Part shown: positions 24,944 to 33,744 of the stretch, one piece after another | Layout of the letters: the number at the start of each line of letters is the position of its first letter | Position numbering within the stretch: position 1 is the stretch's first letter | NCBI GenBank assembly: GCA_038843015.1 | Contig: JAWBSH010000003.1 | Coordinates: 69,343-133,342 of the forward strand | Direction: 5' to 3' | Origin: Zestosphaera sp. | GTDB taxonomy: Archaea; Thermoproteota; Thermoprotei_A; Sulfolobales; NBVN01 | DNA: 64,000 nucleotides | Program-made: the position numbers and the translations under genes | The notes under the pieces: model-generated | What the model saw: only the letters and a program-made list of their open reading frames with translations | What the model was told of the DNA's origin: nothing | The model's database searches: none

Positions 24944-27194
24944 CTCGACCGACCTTCCTGCTGACGATCTCCACGATGCTATCTATTAGGTGTAGCACGT
25001 CTTCCCCCAGTCTAAGAACTTGAGAATCCTGTGATTCTCTAATAATGTTGATTACCTTAGCTTTAGTTATTTCCAGCTCTCTCTCAATATTCTCGAACTT
25101 AGCTGCAACGAAGGAACTCTCTATGTTCTCTAGGGACTTCACATATTGAAGTAGTTCCCTTAAGTTAGCTCTTATCTCACTCAATTCTCTCACGTACTTG
25201 AAGGGAGTCTTCAGTTCTTCAGCCAAGACTGCACTGACCTTCTCTATATCTTCCCAGTCTCTCACGGCCACGTACTTGATCGAGAGTAAATCTTCTTCTA
25301 CTGCATAAGTCCTGCCGTTCAGTATAGCGTTAGCTGCTACAATCTTTAGAGACTTGCCTTTACGTCTATCAGTTAAGTGAATGCCCCTACTCTCTAGAGC
25401 GGCTAGAAGCCTCAGCAACTTACTCTCAACGCCGCTTAAGTCTACATCAAACAATCTCTCGTTAATCTTCTTGATTTCTCCTATACTGAGTAGTCTGCCG
25501 CCGTCCCCGCTCTTAAGACTTAACGAAGCCTGTCTCTCTAGCTCCCAAGAAGCCCTCAGCAGATTTCTCCATAAGTCTTCTTGAACGGGTCTCACGAAAT
25601 GTCTTAGTAGGAACCTGTCATAAACAGACTGAATCTCAGGGTCTTCAGGCACCTCGTTGCTGGCGCCAAAAAGAGTCCATAAATCTACTCTCAGTTCCGT
25701 GAATCCGTCGTAGAGTATCCTTTCTTGAAGAAGTGTATTGAGAGCGTTCAAGATGGCTGAGTTAGCCTTGAATATCTCGTCTAAGAAAGCTATCTGAGCG
25801 TCAGGCAACTTACCTGAAGTCAACCTAACGTACCTACCTTCTTCAAGTGCCCTAATGTCTAGGGGTCCGAAAAGCTCTGAAGGCTCTGTGTACCTAGTCA
25901 GCAAGTATTTGAAGAACTTGGCGTTAAGTAGTTCAGCAGCCCTCCTAACCAAAGCTGATTTAGCTGTATTATGAGATAACAAACCATTAGTGAAGAACGC
26001 GTGAGTTCCGGGCACGTGGAAATCATAGACCCTCACCAACTCCTCAACACGTCTCACAAACTTGACGACGTCCCAATCGAGACTACTCTGGAGACCCTCA
26101 CTTAACTCAACAGGCTTAATTAATGAGATAAGCCTGCGCTTCTTACTTTCTGACATAAAGCCTACCTTAGTTAAGAACATTCTTAAATCTCTCCAACCCT
26201 CTACTATAAGTTCGTAAGAATCACAAGTGCTTAAGTTATCTTTACAGTCGAGAATAGTTGATGAAATACCACTACGTAACAGCAACAACTGAATTCCTTC
26301 TAAGAATAATCTACTCCTGCTTCTCAAGACTAGGCGAGGAACCTCCCCACCCACCACTAAATCAGCACTCTCAAAAACTCCTCTCAAGAAAGCTTCAGAC
26401 ACGCTATTAGGCGATAAAAGTATGAGTCTAGGCACACGCCCGTTCACGGAATCAACAAGTAACTCAAAGAACCTGATTAAGCGTGTAGATGTGCACTCAA
26501 TCATTAACTTACTCGCTGAATCAACTGAGCAAGTCTCCGGGCCTAAGACCCCCTCAAGCAAGTCTGTTAATTTATGGAGTAAATCGACTCCGTTACTCCC
26601 TCTTTCTAAGCCTATTGACTCGCTACTCAAGAAGCGACCGCGAGTATAGAAAATCCCTAATAATTCGGCAGTCTTTTCATCTAACACTCTACTCACTCTA
26701 AGACCATACTTCATGATAAGATGTTCCACGCCGGGTATAGGCACGTAGCTAGGAGGAGAAGACAGCTTATTTAGAATCCTCACTTCATCGCCTTTCTTAA
26801 GGTCTCTTAGCTCAACCCAGCCTCGCCTAGTCATTACTGGGTGGTTAATAGTCCCTCTTATTCTGAAGCCTCTCTCAGTAATTATTTCGTAAGTCTCCCA
26901 CACGTCATACACGTGGAGCTCAGTAGCTCTGCCGGAAGGGAAGACCGAAAGACTTGTCGTGTAGATTCCGGGAGCTAAGTTCTTAGCTACGTCTTCTATG
27001 TAGGAAAGTCTCCCATCATCAGAAGATATTATAGTGTCTCCCGTGACGCAGCCAGGCTCTCCAATGAGGATTGCGTGTTCTCCCGTAAGTAGAGCGAGAA
27101 CAACTACTCTAGACTCCTCATCTCTACCTACGAAAGGCCTCCTCAACTCCTCCTCAAACTTCTGAACCTTAGTAACTACCTCATCTACCCTCAA
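24936..27194 (-). CDS. RavA/MoxR-like AAA+ ATPase interrupted by an intein
   Basis: Exteins read ...HAILIGEPG / TAKSALVRRAAELL...TEPSELFGP...IAFLDEIFKANSAILNALNTLLQER, giving Walker A GEPGTAKS after splicing and Walker B FLDEI. 752 aa precursor, 391 aa after removal of the intein. Confidence 0.85.
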   Translation of the reverse strand: MRVDEVVTKVQKFEEELRRPFVGRDEESRVVVLALLTGEHAILIGEPGCVTGDTIISSDDGRLSYIEDVAKNLAPGIYTTSLSVFPSGRATELHVYDVWETYEIITERGFRIRGTINHPVMTRRGWVELRDLKKGDEVRILNKLSSPPSYVPIPGVEHLIMKYGLRVSRVLDEKTAELLGIFYTRGRFLSSESIGLERGSNGVDLLHKLTDLLEGVLGPETCSVDSASKLMIECTSTRLIRFFELLVDSVNGRVPRLILLSPNSVSEAFLRGVFESADLVVGGEVPRLVLRSRSRLFLEGIQLLLLRSGISSTILDCKDNLSTCDSYELIVEGWRDLRMFLTKVGFMSESKKRRLISLIKPVELSEGLQSSLDWDVVKFVRRVEELVRVYDFHVPGTHAFFTNGLLSHNTAKSALVRRAAELLNAKFFKYLLTRYTEPSELFGPLDIRALEEGRYVRLTSGKLPDAQIAFLDEIFKANSAILNALNTLLQERILYDGFTELRVDLWTLFGASNEVPEDPEIQSVYDRFLLRHFVRPVQEDLWRNLLRASWELERQASLSLKSGDGGRLLSIGEIKKINERLFDVDLSGVESKLLRLLAALESRGIHLTDRRKGKSLKIVAANAILNGRTYAVEEDLLSIKYVAVRDWEDIEKVSAVLAEELKTPFKYVRELSEIRANLRELLQYVKSLENIESSFVAAKFENIERELEITKAKVINIIRESQDSQVLRLGEDVLHLIDSIVEIVSRKVGRVE
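25968..27050 (-). mobile_element. Intein (361 aa) with LAGLIDADG homing-endonuclease domain, inserted in the P-loop
   Basis: Starts at Cys49 (CVTGDTIISSDDG, block A) and has TINHPV (block B). Two LAGLIDADG-like motifs (ELLGIFYTRGRF, AFLRGVFESADL). Blocks F/G are VYDFHVPGTHAFFTNGLLSHN, followed by a +1 Thr. The codons at 27048..27050 (Cys) and 25968..25970 (Asn) were checked in the DNA. Confidence 0.85.
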
Positions 27195-27280
27195 GGTTTC
27201 AGCATCTCCTATACTAAACTACAGCACAACACCGAATAAATTAATGTGAGCCCTGCCAGAGGTTCGGCTTTTAGAGGACC

Positions 27281-27661
27281 TCATGACCTAGCGGTGAGTT
27301 CTCTTTCAGCACACTTACATATCTCGTAATTTAAGGACTTAATAATTTGATCTGCTAAACCCTCTTTTCTCAATACGATACAGAAATCGCAGGCTAGACC
27401 TCCAGAATTAGCTCCTTTTATAGCCAGCTCTCTAGCTTTCTGATCTATTATGTCTTTAATTCTCGGTATGTTAGCCAGCTTCTCTAACATCTTCGGCTTT
27501 CTTCTTTTATTCACCACGTAATTAACGAGTGGTTGAGAAATACCTAGCATGCGCGACACCTCTAGCTGAGTCAAGCCATAATCTCGTACTAGCTTCTCAG
27601 CTAAGTAGAGCCTGAGTGAAGGCAACACATCTCTAACATAGACCTCACAGTAAGACCTCAT
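27281..27661 (-). CDS. Small HTH transcriptional regulator with C-terminal Cys motif
   Basis: GLTQLEVSRMLGISQPLVNYVV is a helix-turn-helix. The C-terminal half contains CDFC and CKC pairs. It is divergent from the ABC-2 exporter operon. Confidence 0.5.
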   Translation of the reverse strand: MRSYCEVYVRDVLPSLRLYLAEKLVRDYGLTQLEVSRMLGISQPLVNYVVNKRRKPKMLEKLANIPRIKDIIDQKARELAIKGANSGGLACDFCIVLRKEGLADQIIKSLNYEICKCAERELTARS

Positions 27662-27849
27662 CCAATCACCAATAACTTAATTATTATTAAGACTTATATA
27701 TCTTAAGTAGGCAGGCGCAACTCCATAATTATACTTGAGAGTGCTGTTCACTAAATCAAATCTGCCCTTCAAACACCACAACCCTCTTAACGTTCTAAGC
27801 TCTAAAAGTATATTTAAGACAATATTCAACGCTAGATTTAGGATGTTTA

Positions 27850-28791
27850 ATGAGGGTAGCTGTTAAAGTAAGCGAACTTACGAAGAGATTTAGTAACAAT
27901 ATTGCAGTAAATAGAGTTAGTTTTGACGTTAAGTTTGGCGAGGCTTACGGACTTCTCGGACCGAATGGTGCCGGGAAGTCAACTCTACTTTCAATGATTA
28001 TTGGTGTGATCGAGCCTGACGAGGGAACTGTTGAGATACTAGGCGGTGAAGTGAAAAATCCAGAGATTAGATCTAAAATTAATTACTGTCCTCAGGACCC
28101 AGCTCTATATGATAATCTAACTGGTTTAGAGAATCTAATGTTTTATTCTGGGTTATATGGAATAACAGGGAAGAAAGCGCTTGAGAGAGCTAAAAGACTA
28201 ATAAAGAGGGTAGGATTAGAAGGATATGCGAATAAGCCGGTAAAAACTTATTCCGGCGGGATGAAGAAGAGGCTGAATCTCGCCGCCGCATTAATAAATG
28301 AACCGAGCATCCTCATATTGGATGAGCCTACAACAGGTATGGATCCGCGGGTGAGGAGAGAGGTCTGGCAATTACTAAATGAAATTAAGGGTTCAGATAG
28401 AGCGATAATATTCTCAACGCATTACATGGATGAGGCTGAGGTCCTGTCTGATAAGGTGGCTATTATGGATTCCGGTAAGATAATAGTTGAGGGAAGAACT
28501 GAAGATTTAAAGAAGCGCTATGCTCCTAAGCCTGTGATAAGCATTGAACTCCTTAACTCAAGTGACCAGCATAAGGCTAGAAAAGTACTAGACAGATATC
28601 TTGAACCAGGAGATATTGTAGTGACTGACTCTTCTATAAGAGTATATCATGAGGATCCAGATACTCTTCTACCTCAAATATCTCTTGACCTCTTCAAGAT
28701 CGGAGTTAGAATAGTTTCTGTAAGGATTGTTAAGCCGACGCTTGAAGACGTTTTCCTAAGGTTAACTGGTAGGAGGATTGAGGAGAATTGA
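27850..28791 (+). CDS. ABC-2-type exporter ATP-binding protein
   Basis: Walker A GPNGAGKST, signature YSGGMKKRLNLA, Walker B ILILDEPTTGMD. DrrA/CcmA-like architecture with a C-terminal extension. Confidence 0.85.
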   Translation: MRVAVKVSELTKRFSNNIAVNRVSFDVKFGEAYGLLGPNGAGKSTLLSMIIGVIEPDEGTVEILGGEVKNPEIRSKINYCPQDPALYDNLTGLENLMFYSGLYGITGKKALERAKRLIKRVGLEGYANKPVKTYSGGMKKRLNLAAALINEPSILILDEPTTGMDPRVRREVWQLLNEIKGSDRAIIFSTHYMDEAEVLSDKVAIMDSGKIIVEGRTEDLKKRYAPKPVISIELLNSSDQHKARKVLDRYLEPGDIVVTDSSIRVYHEDPDTLLPQISLDLFKIGVRIVSVRIVKPTLEDVFLRLTGRRIEEN

Positions 28792-30041
28792 AGACTAGCG
28801 TAATTAAAGCGCTTATAGTGAAGGATTTAAAGGAGACTTTTAGAGATAAGAATGCTGTCTTCTGGATGATTGCTTGGCCGCTAATATGGCTAGTTTTAAC
28901 AGCCTACATTCTTATTCCTCCTGGATTAGACCAGCCTAAGAGTATGAGTCTCGGACTAATTAATTACGATGTATCCTCAAGTTTTCCAGTGAATGGCTCG
29001 GTTCTTGTCAGAGCTTTGGAGGAGGCCCAATATAAGGGTGTAAAACTCTTTAATGTGAAAATCTATGAAGACAGAGCCTCTCTAATTGAGGATATTAAGA
29101 AGGGAAGAATCGATGCAGGCATTATAATACCGGAGAATTTTGGTGAGAACCTGACTTTAGGACAGGCCGCTTTAGAGGTTTATGTTGGCGCGAAGAGTGT
29201 GCAGTCTGCCCAAATTAACCGCTACATGCTAGAGAAGTTCATAGAAGAATTTAGCAAGGTTGCTTCTGAGGAGAAGATTACTTGGATGATGAAATTTATT
29301 CCAGAGGAATATGTTCCCTTAGATATCGTTGAGAGATTTTTGAGGGGGCTAGCGAAACCAATAAACGCGACATTCATTGAGGTTTTACCTGAAGCATTAA
29401 TTTCCAGAGAGGCTTGGATTGGCTGGTATACTATCGGAGCCATAGGAATGACTATGCTTTACAGCGGATTAAATATAGGCTCGACAGCACTACTAGAAGA
29501 AAAACAGAAAGGTTGTCTACGCAAGATACTAGCGTCACCAACCACGCCATCTGAATTAATACTTGGAAAGATCTTGTCTGGCATTTTATCCCTCTCGGTC
29601 ATATCAGTTGTTATAATCGTTTTCGGCGTGTTTGTCTGTAGAGCAAAAATTTACTGGAACCCGCTCCGCGTAGAACATTGGGTAGTGCCAGCAATGTTTT
29701 TAGTTCTGGCCTCATTATCTCTTGGGATGGGCTCTATACTATCATTGGGGGTAAGGAGCGTTAGAGGAGCTTCAAGTCTAAGCGTGTCTCTAGGTTTAAT
29801 ACTAGCTTTTCTGACAGGTATATGGTTTCCAAGAGAGTGGTTTCCAGAATGGATGCGCGTATTAGCATATTACAGTCCGGCGACATGGGCTGTAGACGTC
29901 ATAAGATACGTGATTGTTTTTGAGGCTGAACCTGCGGAAGTTGCTCATTATATTATTGGAGCTACCCTAACAACACTTGTAGTACTATTTATTGGTATAG
30001 TAATTTATGAGAAAACGCTGAGAAAATATCTCGAAAGATAA
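28788..30041 (+). CDS. ABC-2-type exporter permease
   Basis: 417 aa. An N-terminal TM is followed by a large extracytoplasmic domain and then about 5 C-terminal TM helices. Overlaps the ATPase gene by 4 nt. Confidence 0.75.
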   Translation: MKTSVIKALIVKDLKETFRDKNAVFWMIAWPLIWLVLTAYILIPPGLDQPKSMSLGLINYDVSSSFPVNGSVLVRALEEAQYKGVKLFNVKIYEDRASLIEDIKKGRIDAGIIIPENFGENLTLGQAALEVYVGAKSVQSAQINRYMLEKFIEEFSKVASEEKITWMMKFIPEEYVPLDIVERFLRGLAKPINATFIEVLPEALISREAWIGWYTIGAIGMTMLYSGLNIGSTALLEEKQKGCLRKILASPTTPSELILGKILSGILSLSVISVVIIVFGVFVCRAKIYWNPLRVEHWVVPAMFLVLASLSLGMGSILSLGVRSVRGASSLSVSLGLILAFLTGIWFPREWFPEWMRVLAYYSPATWAVDVIRYVIVFEAEPAEVAHYIIGATLTTLVVLFIGIVIYEKTLRKYLER

Positions 30042-30107
30042 CTAAAAGCACGTAACGTAAGACTACTTTAATCATTAAGTTTAAGCTAAAAGATGAAGTC
30101 CTAGGGT

Positions 30108-31057
30108 TTGGGTTTCATGTTGATGTTTGTTGGAACCTTCGTGATGTATTTCATGAGTCCTCAATTCTTAATCTTTGGGAAAGCTGTCGTTGGCTTCTCT
30201 TACGCTACGGCTTTCCTAACTTACCAGAGAGCAACTTCGCTCAGATATAGTAGTAAGATGCAGGGTAAGTTGACGTCATACGCGTTATTAGTAGGAAACT
30301 TAAGCGCAATGATTGCTACTTACCCTTAAGACTTACCTTAAACTCTATCGGACTAAAAACTTTCTTAGAAGTTATGATGATCGTGACACTAGTTATTAGA
30401 GCGCTTCTTTTATTCAGTCACTAAAGATATTGGTTTGAACGCGCGTGACGGCAAACTAATAGAAACTTTAAGTCACTTCAGGCACTTAATAAGAGACCCA
30501 CATATGTGGGGGACTCAGCGCAGCATCTATAGCAACTTATGGAGTTACGCTAGCTTATCAATGTGCTTGGGGTCAGAAGCTACTGAGAGAGTCGTTTGGG
30601 TTGAGTTTAGAGGTAAGTAGTCAGTACTTGATGATTCTCGCATTAGCGTTCACACTCACGTCACCTGTGGCGGGTTTCTTAAGTGATAACGTATTAGTTC
30701 GCAGGAAGCCGGTAATAATTTTAGCTACGCTGACTTCTACAGTTTCGTGGGTATTAATGCTCTACGCTACTTAAGCGTCTAGTAGCGAGGCTTTACGCGC
30801 TTCGCTAGTTTTGTTAGGTGTTGCTTCAGGACTCCACATAGTAGCACTTCCTATGGCTAAAGAAGGCTATGACGCAAAATACTCCGCAACCTCGGTAGCT
30901 TTGTTTAACGTGATACTCTTCTCGACAACAGCAGTAATCCAGACTATATCAACTCTGTTAGACCCGCGTTGCTCAATAAGAATATAATGTAATAATAGCA
31001 GTAGCCAGCGCAACGCTAGTAACTATGTTTGCACGTGAGACGCTGAAGAGAGAGTAG
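30108..31057 (+). pseudogene. MFS-type transporter pseudogene (N-terminally truncated, several frameshifts and an in-frame stop)
   Basis: MFS-like peptide segments occur in different frames: FLIFGKAVVGFSYATAF...LLVGNLSAMIATYP* (30108..30329), LTLNSIGLKTFLEVMMIVTLVIRALLLFSH*, then GGLSAASIATYGVTLAYQCAWGQKLLRESFGLSLEVSSQYLMILALAFTLTSPVAGFLSDNVLVRRKPVIILATLTSTVSWVLMLYAT. A TAA at 30772..30774 follows, then ASSSEALRASLVLLGVASGLHIVALPMAKEGYDAKYSATSVALFNVILFSTTAVIQ... and finally VIIAVASATLVTMFARETLKRE*. Confidence 0.65.
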
Positions 31058-31162
31058 TTATCGGGACTAAGCATGGATACTTAATGAGAAGAGTTTATGG
31101 TAGTTAAGTATGGAATCTCTACTTGTGCTAGGCCTAAGCTAGTTGCTTCCCCAGCTACTCAG

Positions 31163-31236
31163 TGGGGCCGCGGGGATTTGAACCCCGGACCACGGGGACC
31201 CGAACCCCGCATTCTACCAAGCTAAACTACGGCCCC
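31163..31236 (-). tRNA. tRNA-Pro (anticodon CGG), no encoded CCA
   Basis: A manual cloverleaf fits on the minus strand: acceptor GGGGCCG/CGGCCCC, anticodon stem CGGGG/CCCCG with loop UUCGGGU, T arm CGGGG-UUCAAAU-CCCCG, discriminator A. Confidence 0.9.
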
Positions 31237-31256
31237 GAACAATAAGAAGGTTAGGG

Positions 31257-31266
31257 AATATAAAAA
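31257..31266 (-). promoter_or_regulatory. TATA-like box for tRNA-Pro
   Basis: The minus strand reads TTTTTATATT, centred about 25 nt upstream of the tRNA 5' end at 31236. Confidence 0.35.
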
Positions 31267-31317
31267 CTAAAACATAGCGTGGGTTAGGGGAAGAGTTCTC
31301 ACGTTACTTAGGTAGAG

Positions 31318-32199
31318 TTATTTTTTGTGGGCTAGACCTACAAGGTCTGCAATTCTTGTGTAACCTAACTCACTAACCCATTCTCTTAACCCCTTCAAAA
31401 CTGAATCTATTATTTCTTTAGGTTTTGTTGAGAGTGCTGAGCCTATTTGAAGTGCTTTAGCTCCAGCTAGTATGAACTCTGCGGCTGAGACCCAGTCTAC
31501 TATTCCGCCAACCCCTACGATGTCTGGCTCGTATTCTTTATAGACGTCGTAGACTACCTTGACAGCTACTGGATGTATCGGGGGACCTGACATTCCTCCG
31601 AAGACGTTACTGAGTACAGGTTTTGCTGAGTATACGTCTATTACCATCGCCTTGATGGTGTTGATTAGAGTTAATGCCCTAGCACCTCCCTCAAGCGCCT
31701 TACCGGACGACTTAACGTAGTTGTCGCTCAGACCTAGCTTAGCTATTACTGGAACACTACTTAAGGAGCTTACAGCTTTAACGACTTCGTAAACATTTGT
31801 CGGGTCACTCCCGATATCGAGTCCGTAACCCTTCGTGTGAGGGCATCCGAGGTTCAACTCAAGCATGTCCGCGCCTGAATCAAGAGCTACTGTAGAGACT
31901 TTAATGAATTCCTCTAGACTTGAGCCGCCGACACTGACTATAGTCACTAGATTTAACTCCTTGCCTTTCTTCACTACCTGAGGTAGTAACTCGATACCTG
32001 GGTTAGCTAAGCCCACTGCATTTATGTATCCGCAGTTCTTCAGCTTAAGTATTATTGGCGGCCCATAGCCTCCTCTCGGTTTCTCAGTAAATGTCTTAGT
32101 TACTACGGCTGCTAAGCCGTAGCTGGCTAACCTAACTATGTGTTCTGGAGTAGCTCCTAGAATACCGCTAGCGTTCATTAGGACGTGCTTAAGCCTCAC
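31318..32199 (-). CDS. pyrD: Dihydroorotate dehydrogenase, catalytic subunit (class 1B)
   Basis: TIM-barrel DHODH motifs (NASGILG, LELNLGCPHTKG, GGIVDW), with a pyrK-type gene upstream. Confidence 0.85.
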   Translation of the reverse strand: MRLKHVLMNASGILGATPEHIVRLASYGLAAVVTKTFTEKPRGGYGPPIILKLKNCGYINAVGLANPGIELLPQVVKKGKELNLVTIVSVGGSSLEEFIKVSTVALDSGADMLELNLGCPHTKGYGLDIGSDPTNVYEVVKAVSSLSSVPVIAKLGLSDNYVKSSGKALEGGARALTLINTIKAMVIDVYSAKPVLSNVFGGMSGPPIHPVAVKVVYDVYKEYEPDIVGVGGIVDWVSAAEFILAGAKALQIGSALSTKPKEIIDSVLKGLREWVSELGYTRIADLVGLAHKK

Positions 32200-32227
32200 T
32201 CCAGCTAAGGTAGTGCTTAAGTCTACA

Positions 32228-33031
32228 TTATGACTTGAGATACTGCATCACCTCCTCGCACTTAAATGCTGGTCCGTCAACACACAGTAGTTTATCAGTG
32301 TTGGGGAGGACGCAAGACCCGCAGAGTCCTAAACCACACTTAACGATAGTTTCTAAGACTACGTAGGTATTGAGCCCGGAAGTAACCTCACATAAAGACT
32401 TAAGCATCCCCTTAGGTCCGACGCCTATGATTAAGTCATACTTATACTTATTAACTAGTTCTCTGGCCAGCTCTGATGCCAGCCCGCAATAACCGACACT
32501 ACAGTCTTCAGTAGCTATGTGTATATACTCAACACCGCTCATTATGGAGCCTAGGTTGAAGAGCTCACTCCTCTTCTTAACCCCCCAGACAACCTCGAAC
32601 CTACAACCCCTAGAAGCTAAGTATTTAGTTATGTACGGCGTTGGCGCGACACCCGAGCCGCCCACGACGAGGAGAGTTGAGAATCCTTCAACTATGTTTA
32701 GAGGCTTGCCTAGAGGACCTTTAAGACCTAGGTAAGACCCCGGACCAAGTCTGGACAGGGCGTTAGTGCCAGCACCCTTAACTTCATAAATGAATGTTAT
32801 GGTCTCCCCGTCGTAGTCAGCTACACTCAACGGTATTTCGTCAACGCCTGGCACCCAAACCATGAAGAATTGAGGCGGTTCAGGAGTCTTCAAACTATGG
32901 AGAGGCTTAATCTTAATCATCCGGAACCTATTACTCAAGACATTATTTAGATAGACTCTAGCAGGCGTTACTGAGTGTATATGTTCGTGCTGACCCTCAT
33001 CACCTGAACGCGGAGACCAGACCCTACTCAC
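32228..33031 (-). CDS. pyrK: Dihydroorotate dehydrogenase electron-transfer subunit
   Basis: Ferredoxin-reductase fold (PPQFFMVWVPGVDEIPLS, LLVVGGSGVAP) with a C-terminal CGLGLCGSC 2Fe-2S motif. The N-terminal extent is uncertain. Confidence 0.75.
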   Translation of the reverse strand: MSRVWSPRSGDEGQHEHIHSVTPARVYLNNVLSNRFRMIKIKPLHSLKTPEPPQFFMVWVPGVDEIPLSVADYDGETITFIYEVKGAGTNALSRLGPGSYLGLKGPLGKPLNIVEGFSTLLVVGGSGVAPTPYITKYLASRGCRFEVVWGVKKRSELFNLGSIMSGVEYIHIATEDCSVGYCGLASELARELVNKYKYDLIIGVGPKGMLKSLCEVTSGLNTYVVLETIVKCGLGLCGSCVLPNTDKLLCVDGPAFKCEEVMQYLKS

Positions 33032-33134
33032 TGAACCCGCTAATATATCGTATATAACGCTTTATAAGCTCAGTAGAGTTATGAGAGAACGCGATTCTCT
33101 CCCCACGTAAGCAATACAATATTTTTAGGTCTGC

Positions 33135-33668
33135 TTGAGGTATTCATGTCTTGAGAGATGTGGTGAGGCGATGACTTTATCTATTACTAACATCTTCTTG
33201 GTCATCTTGAGCGCACTGGCTCCTGTATCAGAAGTTAGGGGGGCTATACCCTTAGCGTACGCCATCTCTCAAGACAGTAGTGTTAGGTGGTTGCTGATCA
33301 TCTTGGCTGTTTTATGTAACTCTTTAATTCCTTTTGTAGCTCTAGAGATTCTTCGGTTTCTAGAAAACTCATTACTGAATTCTAGTAATAGATTAGTGAA
33401 GATAGTTGCTCGCTTATACTCTCGTTTAGTGTGTAAGGCTAGGAGAGAGGGTCTTAAATACTTAGGTAAGTGGGGTTATTTAGGTCTAACAGCATTTGTT
33501 GCGGTGCCTTTACCAGTAACGGGAGCTTGGACTGCCTCACTAATTACTCATGTGTTTGGCTTGGATAAGTTGAGAGCGTCACTAGCTATAGTAGTTGGGG
33601 TGTTGATAGCTTCTGTCATAGTAGTGTTAGCTATGGAGGGGGTTATAGCCTTAATAAACTTGTTATAG
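33135..33668 (+). CDS. Small multi-pass membrane protein (COG2426-like, putative small export protein)
   Basis: LAPVSEVRGAIPLAYA is the conserved N-terminal motif of this family. The likely start is the ATG at 33171 (MTLSITNIF). Confidence 0.45.
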   Translation: MRYSCLERCGEAMTLSITNIFLVILSALAPVSEVRGAIPLAYAISQDSSVRWLLIILAVLCNSLIPFVALEILRFLENSLLNSSNRLVKIVARLYSRLVCKARREGLKYLGKWGYLGLTAFVAVPLPVTGAWTASLITHVFGLDKLRASLAIVVGVLIASVIVVLAMEGVIALINLL

Positions 33669-33744
33669 GGTCTCCTAAAGAATTAAAACATTATAAGAAT
33701 AACTCAGTTAATTAGCTGAGTAAAGTCATGTTCAGTGGGGAGAG

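Noticed and set aside
30435-30620. 61-aa ORF and other short ORFs within 30108..31057 treated as separate genes
   Set aside because: They are fragments or wrong-frame pieces of a single decayed MFS transporter gene. The MFS-like peptide continues in another frame across this interval.
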